The notes below the pieces were generated by a model that saw nothing but the letters and a program-made list of their open reading frames with translations, was not told the DNA's origin and did no database searches. DNA of 47,231 nt from Promethearchaeota archaeon (GTDB lineage: Archaea; Asgardarchaeota; Lokiarchaeia; Sigyniarchaeales; SOKP01), in NCBI GenBank assembly GCA_011364975.1, contig RDOE01000018.1, positions 1 to 47,231 of the forward strand. Reading direction: 5' to 3'. Below are positions 1-10,324 of the stretch, piece by piece. A program made the translations under genes and the position numbers. The stretch's first letter is position 1; every line of letters starts with the position of its first letter.

Positions 1-1310
1 TCTTTTTCCCATTTTTCAAATTCTTTATCTAGTATTGTATAGGTTTTTTCTACTTCCTTTTTTCTCTTTTCTAGCTTTCTATATGGTAATTTTTTAATAA
101 AGATAATGCAAGCTTTTAGAGTAAACACTAATCCCGGGATGATATCAAGGCATAAAAAAATCCAAACTGAACCAAAAATCACATTTAAACTTAATTCACT
201 TTCTTTCAAAATCACCGGATCAAACCGATCAAATAAATAAAATTTATACCCTGTAGACGCAATAAAATAATTACCATTTGCGGATATTTTAACAGATGGA
301 ACCCTTCTATTAGGATTATAAGTTATAATTGGAGTCGAATTATTTCGATTAAAAAGATATATTGCATTAGATTCAACTCCAACACAATAATATTGCCCAT
401 CAGAACTCATATCTAAGGATATTACTTCTCCTAACATATTATTGGTTATAATAGGGTTAGAATTATCCATTACGAATAAATGTACACCTTGGGTAGTTCC
501 AGCAATACTATAATATCCATCTGAAGATATGGCAACCGTTCTGATATAATTTGATGACCTGTAACTCCACATCGGAGTTTTGGGGTTCATATCAGAATTA
601 TTAAAAAAATAGAAATAACGATCTTGTCCTCCAGCGCATAAATATTCTCCGTTAGAACTTATTGCTATTTTTAAAGTATAGTCTCCTTGAGCAAAAGACC
701 AGATTGGATCCGCGTTATTAATACTATAAAAATTTAGGTTCCGATCTGGGCCTACAGTACTAATATAGTTGCCTTCTTTTGAGATTACACTAAAAGAACC
801 GCCATAGTTATTTACCCATAATGGATTTGGGCTTGACTTATGGAATACATAAATACGCCCTGGGGAAGAAAGAATTATAGATCCATCTTGAGAAATTGAA
901 ACCGGACCTCCTCCTGCGGATTCATTAATCCAAATTGGAATAGGATAGTTTCGATTAAATAAATATAATTTTTCATTTCTTACTCCTGCAACGATGTAGT
1001 TACCATCAGATGAAATATCAACCCCAGAAATATCATATTGCATCTTATATGTCCAAACGGGAATAGCACTCCATTTGTTAAATAAATATAAAACATCATT
1101 TGCACTCCCAACAACTAAATAATTGCCATCATCAGAGATAGCAATAGATGATTCATATTCTTCTATGTCATCTGTTAAACTATAAACCCATGATTTATTT
1201 TGAAGAATATGATTTAAGAATAGAGATGGAATTATTAGATTTCCAACAATTAATAAAAAAAATAAAATTCTAACTGAGATTGTTTTTTTTTCTTTCCTAA
1301 TTAAAATCAC
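1..1310 (-). CDS. Membrane-anchored WD40/PQQ-like beta-propeller protein (3' end runs off the window); tandem paralog of 1311-2666
   Basis: Absent from the ORF track because there is no stop in the window. Manual spot translation from GTG at 1310 gives a hydrophobic N-terminus, repeats such as SSIAISDDGNYLVVGSANDVLYLF and NNADPIWSF, and a tail KEVEKTYTILDKEFEKWEK in the same frame. The exact start is uncertain. Confidence 0.8.
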   Translation of the reverse strand, partial: MILIRKEKKTISVRILFFLLIVGNLIIPSLFLNHILQNKSWVYSLTDDIEEYESSIAISDDGNYLVVGSANDVLYLFNKWSAIPVWTYKMQYDISGVDISSDGNYIVAGVRNEKLYLFNRNYPIPIWINESAGGGPVSISQDGSIILSSPGRIYVFHKSSPNPLWVNNYGGSFSVISKEGNYISTVGPDRNLNFYSINNADPIWSFAQGDYTLKIAISSNGEYLCAGGQDRYFYFFNNSDMNPKTPMWSYRSSNYIRTVAISSDGYYSIAGTTQGVHLFVMDNSNPIITNNMLGEVISLDMSSDGQYYCVGVESNAIYLFNRNNSTPIITYNPNRRVPSVKISANGNYFIASTGYKFYLFDRFDPVILKESELSLNVIFGSVWIFLCLDIIPGLVFTLKACIIFIKKLPYRKLEKRKKEVEKTYTILDKEFEKWEK

Positions 1311-2666
1311 CTAATCATTATTTTCATATTTTTTGTCTTTCTTTTTCTCCCATCTTTCAAATTGCTTGCTTAAATCGTCATAAAATCTTTTTCCTAATTT
1401 TTCCTCAGCATGAACAATTTGTTTAGCATAGCGCCTCTTTATTACTATGAAATCTAATAAAAATGAGATAGATATAAATGCAGTGCAAGGAATTCCTAAA
1501 AAGAATAGAATATATAAAAAACCTTCTATGTAATCCATACGAGGAAAGATTGACAAGAAATCGATTTTATAGATCATTTTATGAAAATCGGCATTAACCC
1601 CAACTACAATAAAATCCGCTTCATGTCCTAATTTTAATATATTTTCATACCCATTAAAATTTTTACTCCATATTGGTGTAGCTTGGTATTTTTTAAAGAT
1701 ATAGACAATGGATTTTGATTCTTCCCATGGAGACAAATCCATGGTAATAGTAAAAAATTCAGCACTAAAAGAAACATCACCATCTTTCGCGTATGTATTT
1801 TGCCCAATAACCTTATATGTCCATAATGGTGTTGAACTCTCTTTTTTAAATAGATATAATAATTTATTAGAAACAGTAATGATATAATTTCCATCTGGTG
1901 AGAGAATTACTGGATTTGGATAATTATAAAAATGATAATTCCATATTGGTGTGGCACTTTCTCTTCTAAATATGTAAAGACTAGCATCAAAATCATCTCC
2001 AATAATGATATAATCTCCACTATTAGATATTGAGATTGAAGCAGGAGAGCATCCAAGAGTCCAAATAGGATTAGAACCTAATCTAGAGAAAAGACTCAAA
2101 CCATAGGATCCGCCTATAATGAAATAATCTCCATTTGATGTAATCGACGTTTTTGTCACAGATATCGGAAGCTCCCATATTGGGATTGAATTATCTCTGG
2201 AAAAGAAAAATAATTTATCAACGGAACTAGGACTCCAAGAGTAATAACTTGAACCTGCGACAATAAATTCTCCATTATCTGAAAAACTAAATATACCACC
2301 GGTATTATAACTCACACTATATTCTCTTATGATATTTGAACTAGTTTGACTAAAAAGGAGCAATTTCTCTCTAATTCCTACAACTATATATTTACCATCA
2401 GCACATATATCAACTTTAAAAACTTCTTCATTAATATTGTAGATCTGGATAGGATTTGGATTATTTTTGTGAAATAAATAAACATAACCACCATAAGTTC
2501 CTGCAATTATATATTCATCATTACTGGAAATATCAATAGAATTGATATGTGAATCAACCTCATAAGTCCATGAATTGGAAATATTAGAACATATAATAAA
2601 TGCGGAATAGGGAAAACCTATACAAAATGTCAAAGTTAAAAGATATATCCTTAAATATCTATTCAA
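1311..2666 (-). CDS. Membrane-anchored WD40/PQQ-like beta-propeller protein
   Basis: N-terminal hydrophobic segment, about 8 repeats of (S/D)ISxxGxYIIxG...LYLF.....PIW, C-terminal TM helix and charged tail. Confidence 0.8.
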   Translation of the reverse strand: MNRYLRIYLLTLTFCIGFPYSAFIICSNISNSWTYEVDSHINSIDISSNDEYIIAGTYGGYVYLFHKNNPNPIQIYNINEEVFKVDICADGKYIVVGIREKLLLFSQTSSNIIREYSVSYNTGGIFSFSDNGEFIVAGSSYYSWSPSSVDKLFFFSRDNSIPIWELPISVTKTSITSNGDYFIIGGSYGLSLFSRLGSNPIWTLGCSPASISISNSGDYIIIGDDFDASLYIFRRESATPIWNYHFYNYPNPVILSPDGNYIITVSNKLLYLFKKESSTPLWTYKVIGQNTYAKDGDVSFSAEFFTITMDLSPWEESKSIVYIFKKYQATPIWSKNFNGYENILKLGHEADFIVVGVNADFHKMIYKIDFLSIFPRMDYIEGFLYILFFLGIPCTAFISISFLLDFIVIKRRYAKQIVHAEEKLGKRFYDDLSKQFERWEKKKDKKYENND

Positions 2667-2749
2667 GAGTTAATACTCTCAGCTATATTTTTATCTTTAT
2701 ATTCTTAATAGATCATTTGTTAATATAAAAGTTATTTTCGGATTTTTTG

Positions 2750-4591
2750 TTATTGAATTCCTTTTAAACCCAAATATTCCATTTTTTTTTCACTTGGTAA
2801 ACCCGTCTCGAAATTCCAATCTCGGTGTTCATAGAACAATCTCTTTAATTTATCGAAGTCAGGAGATTTCCCCGCAGAGCCTCCTTCTTGGAATTTACGT
2901 AATAATATAGCCGGTAGCTTATCATTAGCTGGTTTCAATCCCATTTTTACATTGAATAATCTTTTCATAGTAAGAATTCTCTCTCCATAGCGTTTAATCT
3001 CATCGATACCAAATTTTAATCCCGTCGCAGCTTCAACTATCGCAGCATTTTGCGAAGGTAATGGATTGCAGAACGAACACATTATCATAGAGCTATATAA
3101 CGCCCGATAATCCATATCTATACTGCAATATTTCGCCATATCTTTTCCATCACTATATTTATCTATGAGTTCCATTCCAATCTCTTCCAATGGAACTCCA
3201 ACTAAAGTAAAGTAGGGATCACAAGCATTATGAGATGGTCCCCTATATGCACCCCCAATCCCATAAGCAATCGCCATCCCATAATTTGAACGAAGATCAT
3301 GATAAGTGACCTCTAATCCTACAACCGTGGCAATTTCATCCGAATAAATATTAAATTTTTTACCGAGGGCATTTGATCCTTCTGCTAAAAGATCTCCAAT
3401 CCCTTTTCGATAACTTATTTTTTCTAGGAGTAGTTCAATTAATTCAACATCGCCCCATTCTGGGATTAATCCCTCGATATCTTCTGATGTAATTTTTCCC
3501 TGCTTAAAGTGGTGAATTAAGCATGATATCGTTCCTCCCGAGCTAATGGTATCGATCCCATAATCGAAGCATTTTCTATTTAAATGTACAATTGCTTCTA
3601 AATCGTCATTTAAGATAAGACTTCCAAAACTAACAATTGTTTCGTATTCGGGCCCTTCAATTTCATCAGTTTTATACTCACCTTCCTTGATTTCAACCCT
3701 TCGACCACAACCTATAACACATGAATGACAAAATCTATTCTTGACTAAAATTGTCTCTGCCATTGTAGCGCCTGAAATTTTATAAGCACGATCCCATTGA
3801 GGTTGGGAAAAATATTTTATTGACAACTCTCCCGTTGTGTTGTACATATCTAACGCTCCGGAAGTCCCAAGTGCGCTTAGAACCTGAGTCCCAAAAGAAG
3901 CTTTTACATTATCTCTAGCTATTGTAATTGCTTTTCTTAGTTGTTCTTTATCATGCACCTCCAACTGAACATGACTTCCTTTAACAATAATAGCTTTCAA
4001 CTTTTTCGAACCTAAGACAGCCCCCATACCGGTTCTTCCCGCGGCTCTCTCTTCGGAAATGATATTAGCATATTTAACTAAATTCTCTCCTGCTGGTCCG
4101 ATACATGCAACCATTGCCTTCTTATCTCCAAATACTTCTTTCAATTTTTCAGTAGAATATATAGTCCCCTTACCCCATAAAAACTCCGCATCCTCCAACT
4201 TCACTTCATCATCTTTTATACTTAAATAAACTGGTGTTTCAGAAGCTCCTTTAATGATAATCCCATCGTATCCCGCTTTCTTAATCTCGGCCCCAAACCA
4301 ACTTCCACAATTAGATTCACCCCAAATCCCTGTATAGGGTGATTTAGAGCATACAACCCACCTTCCTGTATTCGGTGCGAATGTCCCGTTCAAAGGACCC
4401 GTCATTATCATTATTATATTCTCTGGTGAAAGCGGTTGTGTATCTTTATCTAATTTATCATATAAATATCGACACGCATAACCCGCTCCTCCCAAAAAAT
4501 TCTCAGCAATAGCTTGATCTAAAGGTTCAGTTGAAATATGATGAGTTGATAAATCCACATTGAGTAATTGCCCTCTAAATGCTTTTAACAT
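2750..4591 (-). CDS. aor: Aldehyde:ferredoxin oxidoreductase family (tungstopterin, 4Fe-4S)
   Basis: 613 aa; motifs KSPYTG, GPAGEN, AGRTGMGAVLGSKKLKAI, CHSCVIGC, EYET, GIDTIS. Confidence 0.93.
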   Translation of the reverse strand: MLKAFRGQLLNVDLSTHHISTEPLDQAIAENFLGGAGYACRYLYDKLDKDTQPLSPENIIMIMTGPLNGTFAPNTGRWVVCSKSPYTGIWGESNCGSWFGAEIKKAGYDGIIIKGASETPVYLSIKDDEVKLEDAEFLWGKGTIYSTEKLKEVFGDKKAMVACIGPAGENLVKYANIISEERAAGRTGMGAVLGSKKLKAIIVKGSHVQLEVHDKEQLRKAITIARDNVKASFGTQVLSALGTSGALDMYNTTGELSIKYFSQPQWDRAYKISGATMAETILVKNRFCHSCVIGCGRRVEIKEGEYKTDEIEGPEYETIVSFGSLILNDDLEAIVHLNRKCFDYGIDTISSGGTISCLIHHFKQGKITSEDIEGLIPEWGDVELIELLLEKISYRKGIGDLLAEGSNALGKKFNIYSDEIATVVGLEVTYHDLRSNYGMAIAYGIGGAYRGPSHNACDPYFTLVGVPLEEIGMELIDKYSDGKDMAKYCSIDMDYRALYSSMIMCSFCNPLPSQNAAIVEAATGLKFGIDEIKRYGERILTMKRLFNVKMGLKPANDKLPAILLRKFQEGGSAGKSPDFDKLKRLFYEHRDWNFETGLPSEKKMEYLGLKGIQ

Positions 4592-4746
4592 CGTTATTTC
4601 ACACTTTTTTTTGTTTTATATTAGAATAAACGATTCAATTTTTATTTATTATTTTTACTCTTTAATTCTATTAGTCATACTATTTTGAGAATTATTTTAT
4701 GGATCATTAAAATAATTTTTTTATGGAAAATAATTATTAAGTAATT

Positions 4747-5247
4747 ATGGATGCGAACTATAATCTTCGATGGGATGATTTAGTCTCTCCTACGATGAGT
4801 CCTGATGATTATCTAGGAATGTACAAGGAAAAAATAGCTCCTAATTATGACACCTATGATCCTAAATCTGAAATATTAGAAAAAATCGAAAATTTACTTA
4901 TTAAAAGGAATGAGAAATTAAAGATTGTCGCATTAGGCGCTGATTGGTGTCCCGATTGTAATAGAAATGTCCCTCGAATGATAAAAATCGTTCAGATAAT
5001 GAAAAATGAACACGTTGATTTTCGGATATTGTATGGAATAATGAAAAATGCTTTACATAAACCGGGAGAAATCATATGGCATAAGACCCGGTCTCCACCA
5101 GAAGCCACAAATCCTAGGTTTAATTTAAAAAAGGTCCCTACATTCTATTTTTTCAACAAGGATCATGAACTTATAGGAATGATCCAAGAAAATCCAAAAA
5201 AATCGATGGAAGAAGATCTCTTAGAAATATTAGAATCTAATTATTAA
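4747..5247 (+). CDS. Thioredoxin-fold protein
   Basis: WCPDC active-site motif and cis-Pro motif VPTF. Confidence 0.85.
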   Translation: MDANYNLRWDDLVSPTMSPDDYLGMYKEKIAPNYDTYDPKSEILEKIENLLIKRNEKLKIVALGADWCPDCNRNVPRMIKIVQIMKNEHVDFRILYGIMKNALHKPGEIIWHKTRSPPEATNPRFNLKKVPTFYFFNKDHELIGMIQENPKKSMEEDLLEILESNY

Positions 5248-5327
5248 TCTGCAGAAACCCTTTTTCTCCTCTCTTACTCTTAATTAAATCCTTAAGATTT
5301 ATATTGGTAAATCTCCATAATATCTCT

Positions 5328-7376
5328 ATGTCCAAATTAAAAGTAAAAAAAGTCATTATTTTCAAACACGGAGTTTCTTATTACATTCTTGAAGGAAATG
5401 TGAAAGGTTCAGATATTCTTGAACTCGAATTTAAAATAGATGAAATGGATGATGTGTTGAAATCCTTATTTGTATTAGATACCAGTGAAAAAGGGTACAT
5501 CAGTTCTATCTCTTATGACGCTGCTCTTGATACTTCGCAACTTTTAAAATCTATTATGCTCGATATCCCCGATATGGATTCATTCTCCTCCTTTTTAACT
5601 CAGATTAAAGGTGCTAACGTTACTATGACCATTAAAGGTGGAAAAGTAATAACCGGTACCATAATGGGCATAGAACAAATAGAAAAACTAAGCAAAGATG
5701 AAAAAATAGCCGAAAAGCAATTAATCTTGCTTGAAGATGATAATGGCATTTCCAAAATCAATTTTGATGAAATTAAATCACTCGACATTTTAAACGAGGA
5801 TCTCAAAAAAGATTTAAAGTTCTTCCTTGATACAGTGGTTTCAGGTAAAAAAAAGGATGCCAAAAAAATCATGATTAATTGCGAATCAGGAGGAAATGAC
5901 ACAGTCGAAAGAGATATTTATGTATCTTATATACGTGAAAGTCCGATCTGGAAAACTTCTTATCGCCTAATTATGAGCAAAGAACAAGCACTCAAAGAAC
6001 AATCCTTGCTTTCTGGATGGGGATTAATTGAAAACACTACAAATCAAGATTGGGAAAAAATTGAATTATCCTTAGTAGCAGGAATGCCTGTTTCTTTTAA
6101 ATATGAGTTCTATCGTCCAATTTTTATGGATCGTCCAGTAGTACGCCCTCCGAAAACGTTAAGCGCACGTCCGACCGAAATTGAAGAAGGCTTAGAGATG
6201 GAGAAATTTGCTGATTTTGCTATGGCCGAAGCTGAACCTGTGGGTGCTGTTATGAAAGAAAAGGCTAAAAGGATGGCTTCAAGAGCACCACCTGCCCCAG
6301 GAGCTGCTACCGGAGGCCGTTATCAAGCTATAATGGGAGGAATGGCTGATGATGCGTTAATGGATAAAGTTAAGACCCAAACCCAAACTCAAACGAAAGA
6401 CTTAGGGGAACTATTTGAATATAACATATCTAACCCAGTTACTATAAAAAGAAAACAATCGGCCTTAGTTCCGATATTGGCAGAATCTATCAAAGCAAAG
6501 AGGGTATTACAATATAATAAAAATGAAAACGATAAAAATCCCAACGCTTGCTTGGAAATTACTAATAATACACAATTAACCCTTGAAAGAGGACCGGTAA
6601 CCATTATTTACGACGATAATCTTGCGGGAGAGGCCATCATCCCTTTCCTTAATAAAGGAGATACTCGCCTACTAAATTATGCGGTGGAACAAGCTGTTAT
6701 AATTAACCACGAAGCGAAATCCGAAAATCTTAGTGTTCACAAAGTCACATTTGGAAGTGGATACTCCTATGAATATTACTATACTAATCTTGAAACGATT
6801 TATAAAATAAAAAATAAAACTACTGAAGAAAAAGAGCTCTATTTAGATCATCCAAAGAATTATAACTATAAATTTATTGAAAAACCACTTGAACCTGAGG
6901 AGACCGCCAACTTCTGGCGCTTTAAGATTAAACTAAAACCAAATGATGCCATCAACTTTAAACTTAAAGAGCAAAAAGAAAATTATTCTAGCAATTATCT
7001 TTGGAATTGGTCCAAAGATGACATCCTCAAACGCGTAGGATTTTATATCAAACATAAATTTATAGACCAGACTATTGAAACGAAATTGAAAGAGATTGCC
7101 GAACTTATTCAGAATCTACAAGATACAACTACTTCGAGAAATAAATTAAATGAAGAAAGAAATTTGATGACAAATGAACAAGCTAGATTACGAGAAAATA
7201 TCTCTGTACTTGGTGATGATAATCAGTCTGTCACCCTTAAAGAACGCTATATTAAAAAATTAAGTGATCAGGAAAATCGATTTGAAGAAATCTCGATAAA
7301 TGTTAAAAAGTTAGAAAAGGAGATAGACGCTCTTAACAAGAAAATTCAAGATAAAATGGATCACCTTAAAGTATAA
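5328..7376 (+). CDS. DUF4139-family protein with C-terminal coiled coil
   Basis: Motifs KVIIFKHGV, DDVLKSL, WKTSYRL, ENTTNQDW..IELSLVAG.P and LGELFEY. ATG 5328 preferred over TTG 5304. Confidence 0.75.
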   Translation: MSKLKVKKVIIFKHGVSYYILEGNVKGSDILELEFKIDEMDDVLKSLFVLDTSEKGYISSISYDAALDTSQLLKSIMLDIPDMDSFSSFLTQIKGANVTMTIKGGKVITGTIMGIEQIEKLSKDEKIAEKQLILLEDDNGISKINFDEIKSLDILNEDLKKDLKFFLDTVVSGKKKDAKKIMINCESGGNDTVERDIYVSYIRESPIWKTSYRLIMSKEQALKEQSLLSGWGLIENTTNQDWEKIELSLVAGMPVSFKYEFYRPIFMDRPVVRPPKTLSARPTEIEEGLEMEKFADFAMAEAEPVGAVMKEKAKRMASRAPPAPGAATGGRYQAIMGGMADDALMDKVKTQTQTQTKDLGELFEYNISNPVTIKRKQSALVPILAESIKAKRVLQYNKNENDKNPNACLEITNNTQLTLERGPVTIIYDDNLAGEAIIPFLNKGDTRLLNYAVEQAVIINHEAKSENLSVHKVTFGSGYSYEYYYTNLETIYKIKNKTTEEKELYLDHPKNYNYKFIEKPLEPEETANFWRFKIKLKPNDAINFKLKEQKENYSSNYLWNWSKDDILKRVGFYIKHKFIDQTIETKLKEIAELIQNLQDTTTSRNKLNEERNLMTNEQARLRENISVLGDDNQSVTLKERYIKKLSDQENRFEEISINVKKLEKEIDALNKKIQDKMDHLKV

Positions 7377-7501
7377 TAATAAATTTTAATAACCTTCTTT
7401 TTTTCTATTCTTAATTAAGTAATCTAATTTTTTTCACTATTTTATAAAAAGCATAAATAGTAAGTTTGATTTATAATCACAAAAACAGAAAGGTGTATGA
7501 T

Positions 7502-7717
7502 ATGAGTATTGATGAACTTGAAGAACAAATCGAAAAGCTATTAGATCAAAGAGATCAGCTAGAGGAAAAGTGCGATACTTTACCAAAATGCGAAGAAGAT
7601 GACGGTTGTGAAACTTGTCAAGTGTACGAAAAAATATCAGCAATCGATGATAAGATCGAAGCGTTAGAAGATAAAATTGAAGCTTTGATGGGTGAAGAAG
7701 AGGAAGAAGAGGACTAA
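7502..7717 (+). CDS. Small acidic coiled-coil protein with four-Cys cluster
   Basis: ATG 7502 follows SD-like AAGGTG; heptad pattern flanks C-x5-C-x5-C-x2-C; poly-Glu tail. Confidence 0.75.
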   Translation: MSIDELEEQIEKLLDQRDQLEEKCDTLPKCEEDDGCETCQVYEKISAIDDKIEALEDKIEALMGEEEEEED

Positions 7718-7947
7718 AAAATATCATTCCGTTAGAAATCTCAAAATTATATTTTATTTTACTCTTTAGATTTTTCTTATTTTATTAAGCTATTTTAGAG
7801 GATATACTGTTTATTTTATTGTTTTCTTATAGTTCCTCTTTTATTTAAACTTTCTTTTGAAAAAAAGTTAAAAAATGAATTCCCACTATCCTTCTTGTTA
7901 TTTATAAATAGATAAAAATACAAAGTTAAATTAAAAAGCGAAATAAA

Positions 7948-9243
7948 ATGCCAGGTAAAAAGTTTGAAGTACAAGCCATAAATGATGAAATTCTCGAAAA
8001 ATTTAGCTTAAAAAATCGGTATAATTTCTTAAACAATAACTTAATGTCCATCTTAAGTCCCAATGAGTTCAACTTTTTAAAAGAAGTACAACGATTTTGT
8101 ATGCGTTTCGAAAAAAAAAATGAAATTACTCATGGCCCAGATGAAGATATTTATGATTGGGTTCCTGCGTTCGGAGAACAGGGGTATATCACTCGTCAGC
8201 ATAATTTTGAAATGTGCGATGTAAATTATGAACATTGGGGGCTTGCTCCTGATTTTATGAGAAATCTTGCTTTAGACATGTTCGATCCACAATTTGCGAT
8301 GGGCGGGGGGGCCACCGTTCTTGCTATAAATCCCGTATATGAACATCATGAACATGTACCCATTAGGCTAGAAGCGTTAAAAGATTTAATTACAGGAAAG
8401 TCTCCCGGGGCAATCTTAATTACCGAACCTGAACGTGGATCGGATGCGGTCCATCAATTAACCACCTGTACTGAGCAATCTGATGGTAGTTTTCTCTTGA
8501 ATGGAACTAAAATCTATAATACTAACGCACCTAAATCCAAATGGGTGGTATCTTATGCAACTGCAGAGCAGAACAACGGTAATATGATGGCTCAGTTCTT
8601 AGTTAACACGAATTGGGAAGGTTTTAAAGTAGAGCGAGTAAACATACCTTGGGTGCCGAAATTGTTTTTGGGAAAAGAAACCTTTACCAATATGCGTGTA
8701 CCAAAAGAATATATCCTCGGATCTGTCGGAAAAGGAAGAGAACATTTATTCGAAGGTTTGGTACCAGAGCGAATTTCAATTGCGATTATGGGTATGAGTG
8801 AATGCTGGGGCGCTCTTGCTCATGCTGTCATTTATGCGAACCTAAGAAAGCAATTTGACCAAGAGATCTTGAAGTTTCAAGGGGTAGGGTTCCTTTTATC
8901 AGACTTATGGGCACAAACTACTAATGTAACAATTGGTTTGCTTAAATTTTGCGAGGCATACGATGAAAAGTTTGAGAAATTTCAAGGAAACATACCGAAT
9001 AATATCAAACAAGCGATGGTTGCTTCCGCAAGTCAGTTCAAATACCATGCAGCAAAGCTTTCCAGAAAAGTGTGCTATGAATCTGCAAACCTTATGGGGG
9101 GTGCCGGTTTGTGTGATAACACACTTATGCACGACTACTTAAATATCTCAAGGATTCAGGAAATTGTAGGAGGCTCAAGGCAGATCCAGCAGTATATAAT
9201 GTCCCTTTCCCTTCGAACGTTGTATAAAATGTCCGTATCTTAA
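7948..9243 (+). CDS. Acyl-CoA dehydrogenase family protein
   Basis: ITEPERGSDA, LNGTKIYNTNA, RKQFDQEILKFQGV, MGGAG, EIVGGSRQIQ. Confidence 0.92.
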   Translation: MPGKKFEVQAINDEILEKFSLKNRYNFLNNNLMSILSPNEFNFLKEVQRFCMRFEKKNEITHGPDEDIYDWVPAFGEQGYITRQHNFEMCDVNYEHWGLAPDFMRNLALDMFDPQFAMGGGATVLAINPVYEHHEHVPIRLEALKDLITGKSPGAILITEPERGSDAVHQLTTCTEQSDGSFLLNGTKIYNTNAPKSKWVVSYATAEQNNGNMMAQFLVNTNWEGFKVERVNIPWVPKLFLGKETFTNMRVPKEYILGSVGKGREHLFEGLVPERISIAIMGMSECWGALAHAVIYANLRKQFDQEILKFQGVGFLLSDLWAQTTNVTIGLLKFCEAYDEKFEKFQGNIPNNIKQAMVASASQFKYHAAKLSRKVCYESANLMGGAGLCDNTLMHDYLNISRIQEIVGGSRQIQQYIMSLSLRTLYKMSVS

Positions 9244-9424
9244 CTTTTTTTTATTTTTTTTCTATAAAATGTGTATATTTTTTATCTGATTTATCCTCAA
9301 CGTCAAGATTTATATAATCAAAAGATATGTGGAACGAATTAATATTTCCAATCTTCATTGTTTTCCATATTTTTGAAAAATAAAAAAATTAGTTAAAAAG
9401 ATTTTTCAACTATTACTTTTTTTC

Positions 9425-9901
9425 TTATCTTTCTAACTTTATAGGATTCTTGATATGATTATTTGTTTTAATTCTACATTCCTTACAGAACTTTTCTCGA
9501 TTATCTTTCTTTTGATGAATTTCTACTATTGGGCTATCATGATAATTAGACAACCCCCCACTACTCGTAAATTGATTACAAGTATGAAAATGACTTTCCG
9601 CTACCTTTGATGATTTATGATAAGACCAATATTTTTTATATTTATATTGCCTTTCACAATTTTCACAAATTCCTATTGTGTCTGGTTTATTTCGCTTCCA
9701 TATAAGAAAAATTGGTACTAGAATAAAAGTAACTCCAATAACATTCATTATTATAAGAGGCAAATCTATTACATCACTATGATTTTGTGAGAGGAAAAAT
9801 ATTACCCATGGTATATAAATACCAATAGATCCAAAGATCCAATAAGTAAAATACCAAGCCCATCTTTTTGAATGGATTTTTAATTCTCTTTTAACAATCA
9901 T
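9425..9901 (-). CDS. Hypothetical membrane protein: 2 TM helices plus Cys/His cluster
   Basis: 158 aa ORF with two hydrophobic segments, then CENC, HFHTC and CKEC. Confidence 0.65.
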   Translation of the reverse strand: MIVKRELKIHSKRWAWYFTYWIFGSIGIYIPWVIFFLSQNHSDVIDLPLIIMNVIGVTFILVPIFLIWKRNKPDTIGICENCERQYKYKKYWSYHKSSKVAESHFHTCNQFTSSGGLSNYHDSPIVEIHQKKDNREKFCKECRIKTNNHIKNPIKLER

Positions 9902-10324
9902 TTTCTGAAGAATAAAAATAGTGAATTAGAATAACTTTTTTAATGATAAAATGAATGTCATCATTTTATAGTTACGACATCTTACTCTCTTCTTTATAAA
10001 ATCTTATCCTCATATTAATAACACATAATAAAGTTTACAACGAAATTACCATAAATTCACTCTAATTGGTATTATATCCCTTTATATAAAGCCAGCAATA
10101 AATTATCTCATTGATTCTACATACCTTATTTAAAATGACAATTTGTTAATTTTTTCTCTTTTTTCTTAGTTTTTAAAAAGTGTATTTTTAAAATCTATTT
10201 ATCTTCTTTAAGTAAAGAATTTATTTCTAAAAGAAAGATGGTATGATTTGATTGAAGATTTGGTTTTTCTTAATTAAAAATCAATTTCAAGCAGAATAAA
10301 TGAATAAAAATAAAAAAATTAGTT

